Below, in pieces: positions 18,624-27,786 of a stretch of DNA of 64,000 nt (its first letter is position 1; each line of letters starts with the position of its first letter). The translations under genes and the position numbers were made by a program. Location: the NCBI GenBank assembly GCA_964589775.1, contig CAZPUN010000021.1, positions 53,768 to 117,767 of the forward strand. Direction: 5' to 3'. The notes beneath the pieces were generated by a model that saw only the letters and a program-made list of their open reading frames with translations, had not been told where the DNA came from and made no database searches. The stretch is from an uncultured archaeon (GTDB lineage: Archaea; Asgardarchaeota; Thorarchaeia; Thorarchaeales; CAZPUN01).

Positions 18624-19892
18624 TTATCCTATTTCAATACCAAAAATCGCTTTTAATAATGTATTTGCAATTACGGATATTATGGGTAACACAGTGGCAG
18701 CTAAGACACTCATGAATTGATTCATAGAAATTGGTGAACTTGAAACTGCTGCAATTTCGTTTCCAATATTCTTGACTGTTATATAATCGTTTGTATAATC
18801 TGGGGTATCAAAATTTGTTTCAAAAACATGTGTGATAATTGTATCAAATTGATAAAATTGGATCATATCTAATATTGTATTTATTGCATCTAATGTTTCA
18901 TTTTTAGCTATATTAATGATTTTCCATACACTTCCGACTGGTAATAAGAGAACTGAAAAAGCCATTATTGCAATTACGAATAGGTACATAAAATTAATTG
19001 GATTGAATATGCCTGTTAAATATCCACTATATATCAAGAATGCTGCAACCAGAATTGAAACTGATGAGATCTTAATGGCAATGCTATATGTATATTTTGA
19101 TAATGCACTAAAGCTAGCCTTAAGTTTTCTAAGGGATACACTCTCATTTTTTATTAATTCGAGTTCTTCGCTATTTACTCCTCCTTTTGCAATATCTATT
19201 GCGCGTTCTTTAAGAAGTTTGACGTAATTTGGAAATCTATACAGGGATTCATCACCTAATTTCCAGATTGAATACATGAATCTGAATAATATTGACAAAG
19301 CTGTCCAGACTAATAGATGGAACAACAGGAAAAGAACACGGTCTGTGATAATTGAAATCAGGGCAGCTGTTGGATTGTATATCGTTACTATTGTTGGATC
19401 CAGATTATACGGAACATGAAGTACAAAAAAGTTGTATGTCCAATATGAATTGATTATAATCGACATAATTGCGCCGAATATGACATTTTTACGTGTATAT
19501 ATTCTATTTACGGTTTCATAACGATATTTTTGAAATGTCTCATTATCTTTAAAGATGTTTTTGAGTAATATGTAACTTTTTGGATCGATTTTTCCATTTA
19601 GTCCAAACATTTTCTCAAAATTATCAATACTCGTACTTATTATCCATGCGCCAAATGGATCTGCAATGATTTGTATCATCTGTGCATAGTTTGATTTAAT
19701 TGCATCATAACCCGCTGCAATATATGCCGTTGAAAATTGAACAAAAACAAATATTACGATTGCGAGAAAAGTATATTTTACACTGTACCCAAGTTTTATT
19801 TTTTTAAATATGAAATCATATTTTGTATATATTATTTCTTTAGATAGTCCCGTATCTTTCTCTAAATTCATCAATCCATCCTCCCAATCCAT
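18624..19892 (-). CDS. Polytopic membrane protein; paralog of the 17211..18413 protein
   Basis: It has about 10 TM helices and heads a three-gene operon. Confidence 0.5.
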   Translation of the reverse strand: MDWEDGLMNLEKDTGLSKEIIYTKYDFIFKKIKLGYSVKYTFLAIVIFVFVQFSTAYIAAGYDAIKSNYAQMIQIIADPFGAWIISTSIDNFEKMFGLNGKIDPKSYILLKNIFKDNETFQKYRYETVNRIYTRKNVIFGAIMSIIINSYWTYNFFVLHVPYNLDPTIVTIYNPTAALISIITDRVLFLLFHLLVWTALSILFRFMYSIWKLGDESLYRFPNYVKLLKERAIDIAKGGVNSEELELIKNESVSLRKLKASFSALSKYTYSIAIKISSVSILVAAFLIYSGYLTGIFNPINFMYLFVIAIMAFSVLLLPVGSVWKIINIAKNETLDAINTILDMIQFYQFDTIITHVFETNFDTPDYTNDYITVKNIGNEIAAVSSSPISMNQFMSVLAATVLPIISVIANTLLKAIFGIEIG

Positions 19893-19988
19893 AAAGTATG
19901 TAAAAACCGATATTTATCATTTTTCATAAAAAATATTAATAAATAGAAAAATTAATTTTCATGAAAAAGCTATGGGATTTGATAAGAT

Positions 19989-20336
19989 TTGATAAAAAAG
20001 CATCAAATTATGAACATAGTAATAACTCCCAATGCTATGGAATATATTAAAAAGCATTCAAAATCGAACGAGATTATATTATGGAAGCGTTCAATTTCAG
20101 GTTGTTTTCTTGCATATGATGAATTAGTAGTTTCAATTAAAAGAGAACTTATGAATTTCAACTTTGATGAATTAATTCAAATTACCGTTTCGGGAGTTAA
20201 TGTCTTCATACATCCTGATGCTTTTGAATTCATTAAGGATATGAATGAAATAATTATTGATTTCAAGGACGACAAATTTTTCCCGAGTTTGTATGTTCTC
20301 GGTGTAGAACCAATTACGCATGAAACAACATGTTAA
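19989..20336 (+). CDS. Hypothetical protein (115 aa)
   Basis: No family recognised. Confidence 0.35.
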   Translation: MIKKHQIMNIVITPNAMEYIKKHSKSNEIILWKRSISGCFLAYDELVVSIKRELMNFNFDELIQITVSGVNVFIHPDAFEFIKDMNEIIIDFKDDKFFPSLYVLGVEPITHETTC

Positions 20337-20377
20337 TTTAGTATAAGTAGCAAAGTATTATTTGGTGTAAATAAAAG

Positions 20378-21127
20378 ATGAATTGTAGATTGGTTGATAC
20401 ACACTGTCATTTGGAAGATGATGCATTTATTAATGATGTTGATAAAGTGATTTCAGAAGCAATATCTAAAGGCATTTGCATGATCTCTTCAGGACTCGGT
20501 GTAGAAGGTGGGAAGAGAGCATTAGAAATTGCAAAACTCTACGATGGTGTATATGCAACTATTGGATTATCGCCTCCTGACTATAAAGAAACTGATGCAA
20601 CTATTGACCTGATTCGTTCTCATCATAGTGAAATTGTTGGGGTCGGCGAAGTCGGGCTTGATTTCTGGTATCAACGTGAAGAAAGTGATAAATCTGCTCA
20701 ACGAGAATCATTTCGAAAATTCATTGCGCTCGCAAAAGAACTAGATCTACCACTATCTATTCATTCTCGTTCTGCGGGGCATTATGCTATTGAAGTATTG
20801 GCTGAAGAAAAAGCTGAACGTGTTCATATGCATGCATTTGATGGTCGTGCCAAGCATGCATTAAAAGGTGTGGAACTTGGATATTACTTTAGTATTCCTC
20901 CTTCAATTGTACGTTCTCAGCAAAAAGTCAAATTAGCTAAAGTTGTCCCGATTGAGCAAATGTTTCTTGAAACGGATTCTCCAGTTCTCGGTCCAGAGCC
21001 AAGGGTACGAAACACACCTTTAAATGTTGAAATTTCTATGAGAAAAATCGCAGAAATTAAAAATCTAGATGTTGAAGCTGTTGCGGAGATCACTACACAA
21101 AATGCCAAGGAATTTTATGGGCTATGA
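20378..21127 (+). CDS. TatD family hydrolase (Mg-dependent DNase)
   Basis: VDTHCHL is at the N-terminus. GEVGLD and the metal ligands in the HSR and HAFDG segments are present. Confidence 0.85.
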   Translation: MNCRLVDTHCHLEDDAFINDVDKVISEAISKGICMISSGLGVEGGKRALEIAKLYDGVYATIGLSPPDYKETDATIDLIRSHHSEIVGVGEVGLDFWYQREESDKSAQRESFRKFIALAKELDLPLSIHSRSAGHYAIEVLAEEKAERVHMHAFDGRAKHALKGVELGYYFSIPPSIVRSQQKVKLAKVVPIEQMFLETDSPVLGPEPRVRNTPLNVEISMRKIAEIKNLDVEAVAEITTQNAKEFYGL

Positions 21128-21137
21128 GGTGAATTTC

Positions 21138-21800
21138 ATGGATATTCAGAAGCTAAATCAAGAATTATCGGCTATTCTTAGAAAACGAACAAGTGTTGCA
21201 TCATTAGAAGAATGGCGGAAAAAATCAGCCGAATCAGATGTTCCCTTATTTGATTATCGCTTTGATCACGTATTACGGGTTGTACGAACTGCGCATAGAC
21301 TAGCTAAACTGACTGGTGCAGATGAAGAAATCGTTGTTGCTGCGGCATGGTTGCACGATATTGCAAAACCCAGTGCCGTTTATCCCGTAGAAAAGCATGC
21401 TGACAAAAGTGCAAAAATTGCTGAAGAGATACTGCGAGATATAAAATTTCCGGAAGAAAAAATTCCTGCGGTAATTGATGCGATTGAAAAACATGCAGGT
21501 CTTATTAATTATAATAAGGTAGAGCCTCTGGAAGCAGCTATTGTTTGGGATGCAGATAAGCTTGTAAAGATTGGCGCTATTGGTATCGTGCACAGTGTTA
21601 TGTTACAGCCAATTCTATTTCCGGGCCAGAGCATATTGGGTGTTATGGAGAACTTGATTAAATTTATTCCATTGGCTGAAAAAATTGTACGTTCGTTTAA
21701 CACTAGTTATGCACGCAAGGCAGGAGAAGAACGTATAAAGTCATTAAAAGAATTTGCAGCATCCTTAAAGAAAGAATTGGAACTCTTTGACTTGGAATGA
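21138..21800 (+). CDS. HD-domain phosphohydrolase
   Basis: The H..HD motif (AAWLHDIAK) and VWDADKL are present. I chose the ATG at 21138 because GAGGTGA precedes it. The track ORF starts at 21069, inside tatD. Confidence 0.7.
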   Translation: MDIQKLNQELSAILRKRTSVASLEEWRKKSAESDVPLFDYRFDHVLRVVRTAHRLAKLTGADEEIVVAAAWLHDIAKPSAVYPVEKHADKSAKIAEEILRDIKFPEEKIPAVIDAIEKHAGLINYNKVEPLEAAIVWDADKLVKIGAIGIVHSVMLQPILFPGQSILGVMENLIKFIPLAEKIVRSFNTSYARKAGEERIKSLKEFAASLKKELELFDLE

Positions 21801-22609
21801 TGGTAAAAATGAAGGCGGCATTGCTAACAATTGGAAATGAAATTCTTGAAGGCATAATTGTAAATACCAATTCGGCATGGCTAGCGAGGCGTTTAACTGC
21901 TCTCGGTGTCATAGTCGATATTGAATTAACTATTCGCGATGATCTATCTGAGCAAAAATATTGGTTTAATTGGTTAAAAGATAAGCAATTTGATTTAGTC
22001 ATTTCTACAGGTGGCTTAGGTCCAACTCATGATGATATGACATTACAAGGATTTGCCGAGGCATTTAATTTAGAATTAGAGATTGATCCTAAAGCATATG
22101 AAATTGTAAAAAGGCAATATCGAAAATTCTATGAACAAGGGCTTCTCGATAGTCCTGACATGACGGAATCGCGAACAAAGATGGCTCGGATCCCTGCAGG
22201 TTCTATTCCACTTGACAATAAAGTTGGTGGAGCTCCAGGAGTTCAAATAACAATTGGTAAAACAACGTTTTTCATTCTTCCCGGAGTGCCCGGTGAGATG
22301 AAAAGTATTTTTGAAGAGTCTGTTGTACCCTGGGTAAAAGAAAATTCAGAGGGCGTCTATTATCAAAAAATAGTAGAATTTCCTACAATTGATGAGACAG
22401 GTTTTTCAAAATTCGAAAAGGTTGCAATGAAAAAAGAGCCTCGCGCATATATTAAGTCAATGCCTAAAGTTTATGGTACCGTACAAACATTACGTGTTTG
22501 GGTCTCTTCAAGACAGTCTACACTTGAAGAAGCAAAAGATGCAGTTGAAAATGCTATCAGAGCATTAGAAGAAGCATCAGGCATGAAATCCAATGAAGTT
22601 AAGGATTGA
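21797..22609 (+). CDS. CinA-like / MoaB-MogA-fold molybdopterin-binding domain protein
   Basis: KAALLTIGNEIL, ISTGGLGPTHDDMT and ILPGVPGEM match the CinA N-terminal domain. Confidence 0.7.
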   Translation: MMVKMKAALLTIGNEILEGIIVNTNSAWLARRLTALGVIVDIELTIRDDLSEQKYWFNWLKDKQFDLVISTGGLGPTHDDMTLQGFAEAFNLELEIDPKAYEIVKRQYRKFYEQGLLDSPDMTESRTKMARIPAGSIPLDNKVGGAPGVQITIGKTTFFILPGVPGEMKSIFEESVVPWVKENSEGVYYQKIVEFPTIDETGFSKFEKVAMKKEPRAYIKSMPKVYGTVQTLRVWVSSRQSTLEEAKDAVENAIRALEEASGMKSNEVKD

Positions 22610-22701
22610 ATTATTGCATAAGTATATGTAGAAAGTATGCTTTTTATAGCGGTAATAAATCGCCTAAACGTTCATAAAAGCATATAAAATAGAATATGTA
22701 C

Positions 22702-22862
22702 TTTGAGGACTTAGAATAGGTTACGAGTTTGATATTTCGCATCCAAAAGGTCCTCAAATTGGAGTGATTATCAAGATCCCTCACTGTAATATCGCGAATA
22801 TATTCGTGAATGATTATCATAAGGTAGTCTATACGCAAAATTCTCGTATCTCAATGTGGAAA
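22702..22862 (+). repeat. Dispersed intergenic repeat, copy 1 (about 160 nt)
   Basis: It is about 75-80% identical to copy 2. It contains the TTGAGGAC...GGTCCTCAA inverted repeat, an internal small hairpin and the ATACG...CGTAT hairpin. Confidence 0.7.
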
Positions 22863-23159
22863 GTATCAGGATCTCCATTTGTTCTTATAATAAGTATTTT
22901 TTATTGCATAAGCATAGCGTGATCGAAACCTTTTGAAGAGAATGATGTTTTTGCCGAAATGTTCATAAATGGCTGTGTACAGTTTATGAATGCAATGGGC
23001 GAAGTATATTATAAATAACAGTATCAACTTTAAGATGTCTCTGAGTTTGTTCATAGATATTAAGCAAACCTTAGGCAATGGCAGATTCTCGTATGACGAA
23101 GTGTTAGAGCCGATTCTTCAATAACAGATTCAAAAATGAAAATTTGTATGTCCCAATAG

Positions 23160-23240
23160 ACACACAAAAGATCCATGTTAATAGAGATCTCCTGCTGCTG
23201 GTATAGTGCGTATATATGTACGAAATGGCTATATTTCCAT
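23160..23240 (+). repeat. Partial or degenerate copy of the same repeat
   Basis: ACAAAAGATCC...AGAGATCTCCTG...GCGTATATATGTACGAAATGGCTAT matches the 3' half of copies 2 and 3. Confidence 0.45.
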
Positions 23241-23322
23241 ACATATATACTCAGAATATCCAAAGCTTATCGCAATAAGTATGCCATTAGTATCCGAATT
23301 TAATATAAAATGGTGAAATACA

Positions 23323-24069
23323 ATGATATTAGAATTTCCAGATATGAATGACTTTATTGTCTTCATGATTGCAGTTGGATATGCTGGACTTGTAATAATT
23401 ATTGGTGATTTGCTTAAGCGAAAAGCCAATTTAGATACAGGATTCACTAGAAAAATAATTCATATCTTCGCCGGTATGGCTACTTTTTCAATTCCATATT
23501 ATACACATCCATGGATGGCTATTTTTGTCGCATTGATCTTCGTAATAATTCTTGGATTAGCCAATTCAAATCGTTTTTCGTCTGCGTTTTCAGCTATGGC
23601 TCGACCTGAAGAAATTGAGCAAGGCTTACTAAAAGGTCCTTTCATTTATTCGATTTCGATTACGCTGTTAGTTTCAATCTTTACATTGCTCGATAAAACT
23701 CAATATTATTTTCTTGCTGCAATTCCGCTTCAAATTATGTATTTTGGTGACGGTCTTGCTGCTCCAATTGGAATAAAATATGGCAAACATGAATGGATCA
23801 TTAATGGTTCAAAGCGAACGCTTGAAGGCACAATGGGTTTAATTTTATTTGGATTTATTGGTGCAATATTTGCTGGCTGGTTCTTCGGAATTTATAATTA
23901 TGGAATCCTCACGTGGCAATTATTATTCTTCTATTCGATAATTGCGATCATAGTTGCTGCAATTCTTGAGTTTATTTCTCCAAAGGGTCTAGATAATTTT
24001 GTTCTCCCAATTGGAACATGTGTTGTCCTAGTTTTTATTGCAATCTTAAATGGATTGTTAATAATTTAG
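23323..24069 (+). CDS. Polytopic membrane protein of the CTP-dependent transferase superfamily (CdsA / CarS / dolichol-kinase-like)
   Basis: It has 6-7 TM helices. The C-terminal KYGKHEWIINGSKRTLEGTMG resembles the K..T.EG..GG CTP-binding motif of this superfamily. The specific activity is unknown. Confidence 0.4.
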   Translation: MILEFPDMNDFIVFMIAVGYAGLVIIIGDLLKRKANLDTGFTRKIIHIFAGMATFSIPYYTHPWMAIFVALIFVIILGLANSNRFSSAFSAMARPEEIEQGLLKGPFIYSISITLLVSIFTLLDKTQYYFLAAIPLQIMYFGDGLAAPIGIKYGKHEWIINGSKRTLEGTMGLILFGFIGAIFAGWFFGIYNYGILTWQLLFFYSIIAIIVAAILEFISPKGLDNFVLPIGTCVVLVFIAILNGLLII

Positions 24070-24200
24070 TGAATCTCCTTATTTTTCTTTATTTTTACTT
24101 TTTTGAAATAAGATGGCTACAAGGAACTTGTTGTTTTGTAGGTTGCAATAAATTATCAAAAAGTTAATAAAAGTCTGAACTTATCAAATAAATTAAGTAA

Positions 24201-24357
24201 TTTGAGGATTTAGAATGGGTTGCGAATCTATTCGCATCCAAAAAGGTCCTCAAATTGAAGCGATTCACAAGCTCCCTCATTGGGGTGCCGCGAGTATATG
24301 TGCGAAATGGCTATCTCAAGGTAGCCTATACGCACACTCGTATCTCGATGTGGGGGT
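24201..24357 (+). repeat. Dispersed intergenic repeat, copy 2
   Basis: See copy 1. It has the TTGAGGAT...GGTCCTCAA stem (U-G instead of C-G), a GCGAAT/ATTCGC hairpin and ATACG/CGTAT. Confidence 0.7.
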
Positions 24358-24456
24358 TTGTCAGAGAACATAGAATTCCTATGTGAGGTGTATGTTGGTA
24401 GGCTTACGCGTTGCATTTTTATAGTAGTTCTTTCAATATTTTTAATATAAACGAAA

Positions 24457-24759
24457 ATGGTGAGTAACATGATTATTCTTGAATACGAAGGATCTCAATT
24501 CCATGAAGTGAATCAAGCAAATTCAAATAAAATTACTCTTACAATTGATGAAGCTGCAAAGAAAATGATTCTCTATGTCCCACATGGGGCATCAATGATT
24601 CAGCGTCGTGCAGCCGAGCGACAAGCACGTGGTTTTGTCAAAACCGGTTATCATCCATCCAGTGGTGGACGCGTAGGAATTGGGTTCGAATTCGTAGTGG
24701 AGGGCGAAGGTGGTAATCTGCCCGACATTCTTACAAAGAGTCCAAGAGAAGTTTACTAA
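24457..24759 (+). CDS. Hypothetical small protein (100 aa) with a GC-rich 3' half
   Basis: The ORF is intact. Its second half is compositionally atypical for this genome (GYHPSSGGRVGIGFEFVVEGEGG). It is followed by a strong hairpin terminator. Confidence 0.35.
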   Translation: MVSNMIILEYEGSQFHEVNQANSNKITLTIDEAAKKMILYVPHGASMIQRRAAERQARGFVKTGYHPSSGGRVGIGFEFVVEGEGGNLPDILTKSPREVY

Positions 24760-24762
24760 TTT

Positions 24763-24810
24763 GGGGGACTAACCCCCCGTTTAATTGTTTTATTGCTTAT
24801 TTTTTATCAT
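24763..24810 (+). terminator. GC hairpin plus T-tract terminator
   Basis: GGGGG-ACTAA-CCCCC lies 4 nt after the stop, then GTTTAATTGTTTTATTGCTTATTTTTTATC. Confidence 0.55.
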
Positions 24811-24849
24811 GACGAAAGTAATATATTGTGTTTTTGTTTGCTAATACAT

Positions 24850-25128
24850 ATGATAAAGAAATTATTACAATTAATACAAAAAAATGGTATATCTAGTCGT
24901 TCTATTTTGGCAAAAGAAATGAATATCTCTGTTGAATTATTAGATTTGATGCTCACAGATCTGCAACGCAAGGGATATATTGAGGTTAACAAAATACCTG
25001 ATGGGACGTCATGTGAAATATGTCCATTTCATAAAATTTGCAAAATTTCAAAGGAAGAATGCGAATCTAATAATCAACAAACACTCAGATTAACTAAAAA
25101 GGGTCTTGATTTTGTAAATTCACAATAA
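24850..25128 (+). CDS. FeoC-like winged-helix protein with a C-terminal Cys cluster
   Basis: LLQLIQKNGISSRSILAKEMNISVELLDLMLTDLQRKGYIE is wHTH-like (FeoC-like). The C-terminus carries CEICPFHKIC...C. I chose the start at the ATG at 24850. Confidence 0.45.
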   Translation: MIKKLLQLIQKNGISSRSILAKEMNISVELLDLMLTDLQRKGYIEVNKIPDGTSCEICPFHKICKISKEECESNNQQTLRLTKKGLDFVNSQ

Positions 25129-25650
25129 TGATTTCTGTCGGACTTTTTCTAAAATACGTTCTACAAGTTTTTGGAATGCTTCTTCAACACCAATTGCATT
25201 TTTTGCGGATGCTCTTACATATTCAAGGTCATATTTTTCTACCACTTTCTTTACATTTTCCGGGTTAGTGTTTGATGGTAAATCAATTTTGTTCTCTATT
25301 AGTATGACCGGTATTTTTGAATTGACCTCATATAATACATTTAACCAATCATCGATCGTATCTAATGTTTCTGGTTTAGTTGTATCAAAAACAAAAAATG
25401 CACCCGCTGCATTCTGATAATATGCTCTTCTTAAATTTCTAAAACCTTGTTGTCCTGCAATATCCCAAATAACTAATTTTACGGTTAAATTTTTTACTTG
25501 TACGTGTTTAACGTGAATGTTGGTTCCCAAAGTTTTCAAATAGTCTTGACTGAAACTATCATAAACGAATCTACTGACTAGACTAGTTTTTCCAACTTTG
25601 CCTTCTCCTAGAAAGCAAACCTTGAATAAATATGTATTACGAGTTTCCAC
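25120..25650 (-). CDS. Ras-superfamily small GTPase (Rab/Ras-like)
   Basis: G1 is GEGKVGKTS, G3 is WDIAGQ, G4 is NKID and G5 is SAK. Length is 176 aa. Confidence 0.85.
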   Translation of the reverse strand: METRNTYLFKVCFLGEGKVGKTSLVSRFVYDSFSQDYLKTLGTNIHVKHVQVKNLTVKLVIWDIAGQQGFRNLRRAYYQNAAGAFFVFDTTKPETLDTIDDWLNVLYEVNSKIPVILIENKIDLPSNTNPENVKKVVEKYDLEYVRASAKNAIGVEEAFQKLVERILEKVRQKSLL

Positions 25651-25778
25651 ATATTGGCCTCCAAATTTATTTACGATAGTTTCTGTTTCTCTCTGAAATC
25701 CCTCTTTATACTTATTTTATACTTTAATATTTATTAAATCTACCGTATATAAGAGTTAACTTTTTTCATATTTTCTTT

Positions 25779-26420
25779 TTACTTCTTAGTATTTATTTCT
25801 ATTGTAAATTTGAACGGGCCTCTATATAACTTTGATGCTGGGCACCCATAGCATGAACCATGAATATATTCTTCGCAATGCTCACAATCCATATTGCACA
25901 TTTTTTCTTTTCCTACCAATTTGTCTATTGGACGAATATGTACAAAATGTGGTTCTACATGTTGTCCAATAGTCAATACACTTCTTTGCTTAATCCCTTG
26001 TGATTCCTTCATTATGCAATTTCCAATAGTGATTTCTAATTGTTTTTTATCTTCTGAATATACCAAAGCTACTATATCATATTCACCCATAACTGTACTG
26101 ATCTTTAATATCCTCGGGCAGTTTTTGTATTTCTCAACTATTTTTCGTGTTGTTGTGATTCCATCTGTTTTTAGCAAAATGTATGCGAGTTCTAATCCCA
26201 ATATTTCCGGATTTATAGCTGAAACCGTTTTTATTGCTCCTGACTTTATTAATTTCAAGAATCGTTCTCTTATTGAAACGTGTGATAAACCTATTTTTTC
26301 CCCAATTTCTGTAAAACTAATTCTCGCGTTTTCTGCCATTGCTGCAATTATGGCTTTATCAATGTCATCAAGAGCTTTTTTATCTTTCAAGATTGACACC
26401 TTGTTACAATTTGTAATCAT
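25779..26420 (-). CDS. Lrp/AsnC-family regulator fused to a C-terminal Cys-rich (metal-binding) domain
   Basis: The HTH_AsnC segment is LDDIDKAIIAAMAENARISFTEIGEKIGLSHVSIRERF, followed by a RAM-like domain. The C-terminus reads CNMDCEHCEEYIHGSCYGCP. Confidence 0.65.
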   Translation of the reverse strand: MITNCNKVSILKDKKALDDIDKAIIAAMAENARISFTEIGEKIGLSHVSIRERFLKLIKSGAIKTVSAINPEILGLELAYILLKTDGITTTRKIVEKYKNCPRILKISTVMGEYDIVALVYSEDKKQLEITIGNCIMKESQGIKQRSVLTIGQHVEPHFVHIRPIDKLVGKEKMCNMDCEHCEEYIHGSCYGCPASKLYRGPFKFTIEINTKK

Positions 26421-26513
26421 TCTATATAAATTTGCCTAATCTAAATTATTTCATAGCAAAAATGGCAGAAAAATAAAAAAATTGAAATATAAAAAAGCAA
26501 AAAGATTCAATTT

Positions 26514-27659
26514 TTAGTCCATATTTTGTAACGTTTTTCTAATAGCTTTGTAGCTGAATTCATAATTTACTCCGACTGGTTTGATGAATCCGGCTTCTTC
26601 TAATCGTCTTAGATGTTCGAGTATCTCTAATTTTTCTTTTGGATTGTCTGGTGCGATATCTTTGTACGAGAAGGTATCACCCACTTTTGCTGCGCGAATC
26701 AACAGATCTTTATCTTCTTGGGCGAGTCTATTGAATCGTCTTAAGATTAACTCTCTTACTTCATCGGGTACATCTATATTTTCATATCCTTCTTTGAGTG
26801 ATAGTGTTCCATTTGATTCTGTGATATATCCATTTTTATCTAATGTGCTCATAAGTGCTAGTACAAAATATGGGTTTCCTCGCGTGTGACTATATATAAA
26901 ATCAATGAACACATCAGAAACTTTACTTTTCGTCATCTCTTCTATTGTTTGCTTTGTTTCTTCTTTTGTTAGGGGAGATAGATCAATTATTTTTGCGATT
27001 TGTTGAATGTTCTTTAATGCAGCTTCCGCCTTTGAACCCTTAGCTGTGATAAGTTCCTCAGGAATCTGTGAACCTATAAACAAGATTCGTCTCTGTTTTG
27101 ATTCTCTTAGTATGTATAATAGTGTGTCTAATGTATCTGCACCTGCTGCTTGGATATCTTCAAAAATGAGAACGAGTGGTTTTATCTCTGCAATTCTTGT
27201 AAGTACTCTATTTATTAAGGCAATTAAATCCTCATGATCAATTTCTAATTCGCCACTAAATACTGCTTTTACCTTTTCTAATGGATTATCTGGTTTATTT
27301 TGATATGAGTTTTCTAATGCTTTCATAATCTCTTCATTTTCTTGAAGAATGTCAAACATATCAATAATCCCTGAATATCTTACTTTGTGTGCTTTTAATT
27401 GTGCTTTTACTCTGATTATGAAAGCCTTATCCTTTAAATCTTCAATCAACTTGTTAAGAACAACTGTCTTACCGATTCCCGCTTCTCCTCTAACCAATAC
27501 AACTCGCAGCTGTCCCTGGAGGGTTTCTTCGAATATTTTCTTTAATTCTTCAGTTACTTTTTCTCTTCCTACTATGGAAGACGTTTTAGGGTCAGCCTGA
27601 AACATAATATCAGCTCCTAAATACACAAATAACTTCTTGTGATTTGTTGATATCATCAA
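26514..27659 (-). CDS. AAA+ ATPase of the archaeal-ATPase (PF01637-like) type with a C-terminal winged helix
   Basis: GREKVTEELKKIFEE...VVLVRGEAGIGKT carries Walker A, and LVLIFEDIQ is Walker B. The C-terminus is wH-like (LEILEHLRRLEEAGFI). Confidence 0.5.
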   Translation of the reverse strand: MMISTNHKKLFVYLGADIMFQADPKTSSIVGREKVTEELKKIFEETLQGQLRVVLVRGEAGIGKTVVLNKLIEDLKDKAFIIRVKAQLKAHKVRYSGIIDMFDILQENEEIMKALENSYQNKPDNPLEKVKAVFSGELEIDHEDLIALINRVLTRIAEIKPLVLIFEDIQAAGADTLDTLLYILRESKQRRILFIGSQIPEELITAKGSKAEAALKNIQQIAKIIDLSPLTKEETKQTIEEMTKSKVSDVFIDFIYSHTRGNPYFVLALMSTLDKNGYITESNGTLSLKEGYENIDVPDEVRELILRRFNRLAQEDKDLLIRAAKVGDTFSYKDIAPDNPKEKLEILEHLRRLEEAGFIKPVGVNYEFSYKAIRKTLQNMD

Positions 27660-27786
27660 ATAAAACCCTTGTGGTCTATTGTTTTATGGTTAAAGAACTG
27701 TATATATTTTTTGGTGCTTCTTATAAATAAGTTCACCTTTTCATAGTTTTTCCTATTTTTGATTTTAAAAAATAAAAAAAGAAGGG

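Noticed and set aside
22644-23447. Four short minus-strand ORFs (22644-22838, 22866-23078, 23060-23263, 23229-23447), and the 24228-24470 ORF, in the repeat region
   Set aside because: They overlap the dispersed repeat copies. The peptide similarity between copies is explained by nucleotide identity, and a 2-nt indel between copies breaks the frame. There is no start context. They are probably non-coding.
24676-24696. T-loop-like GGGTTCGAATTCG and RNase-P/SRP-like AGGGCGAAGGUGGUAA inside the 24457 ORF
   Set aside because: No flanking acceptor or T-stem complementarity. No P4 or helix-8 consensus elsewhere. The region is an uninterrupted ORF. The resemblance is most likely coincidental.
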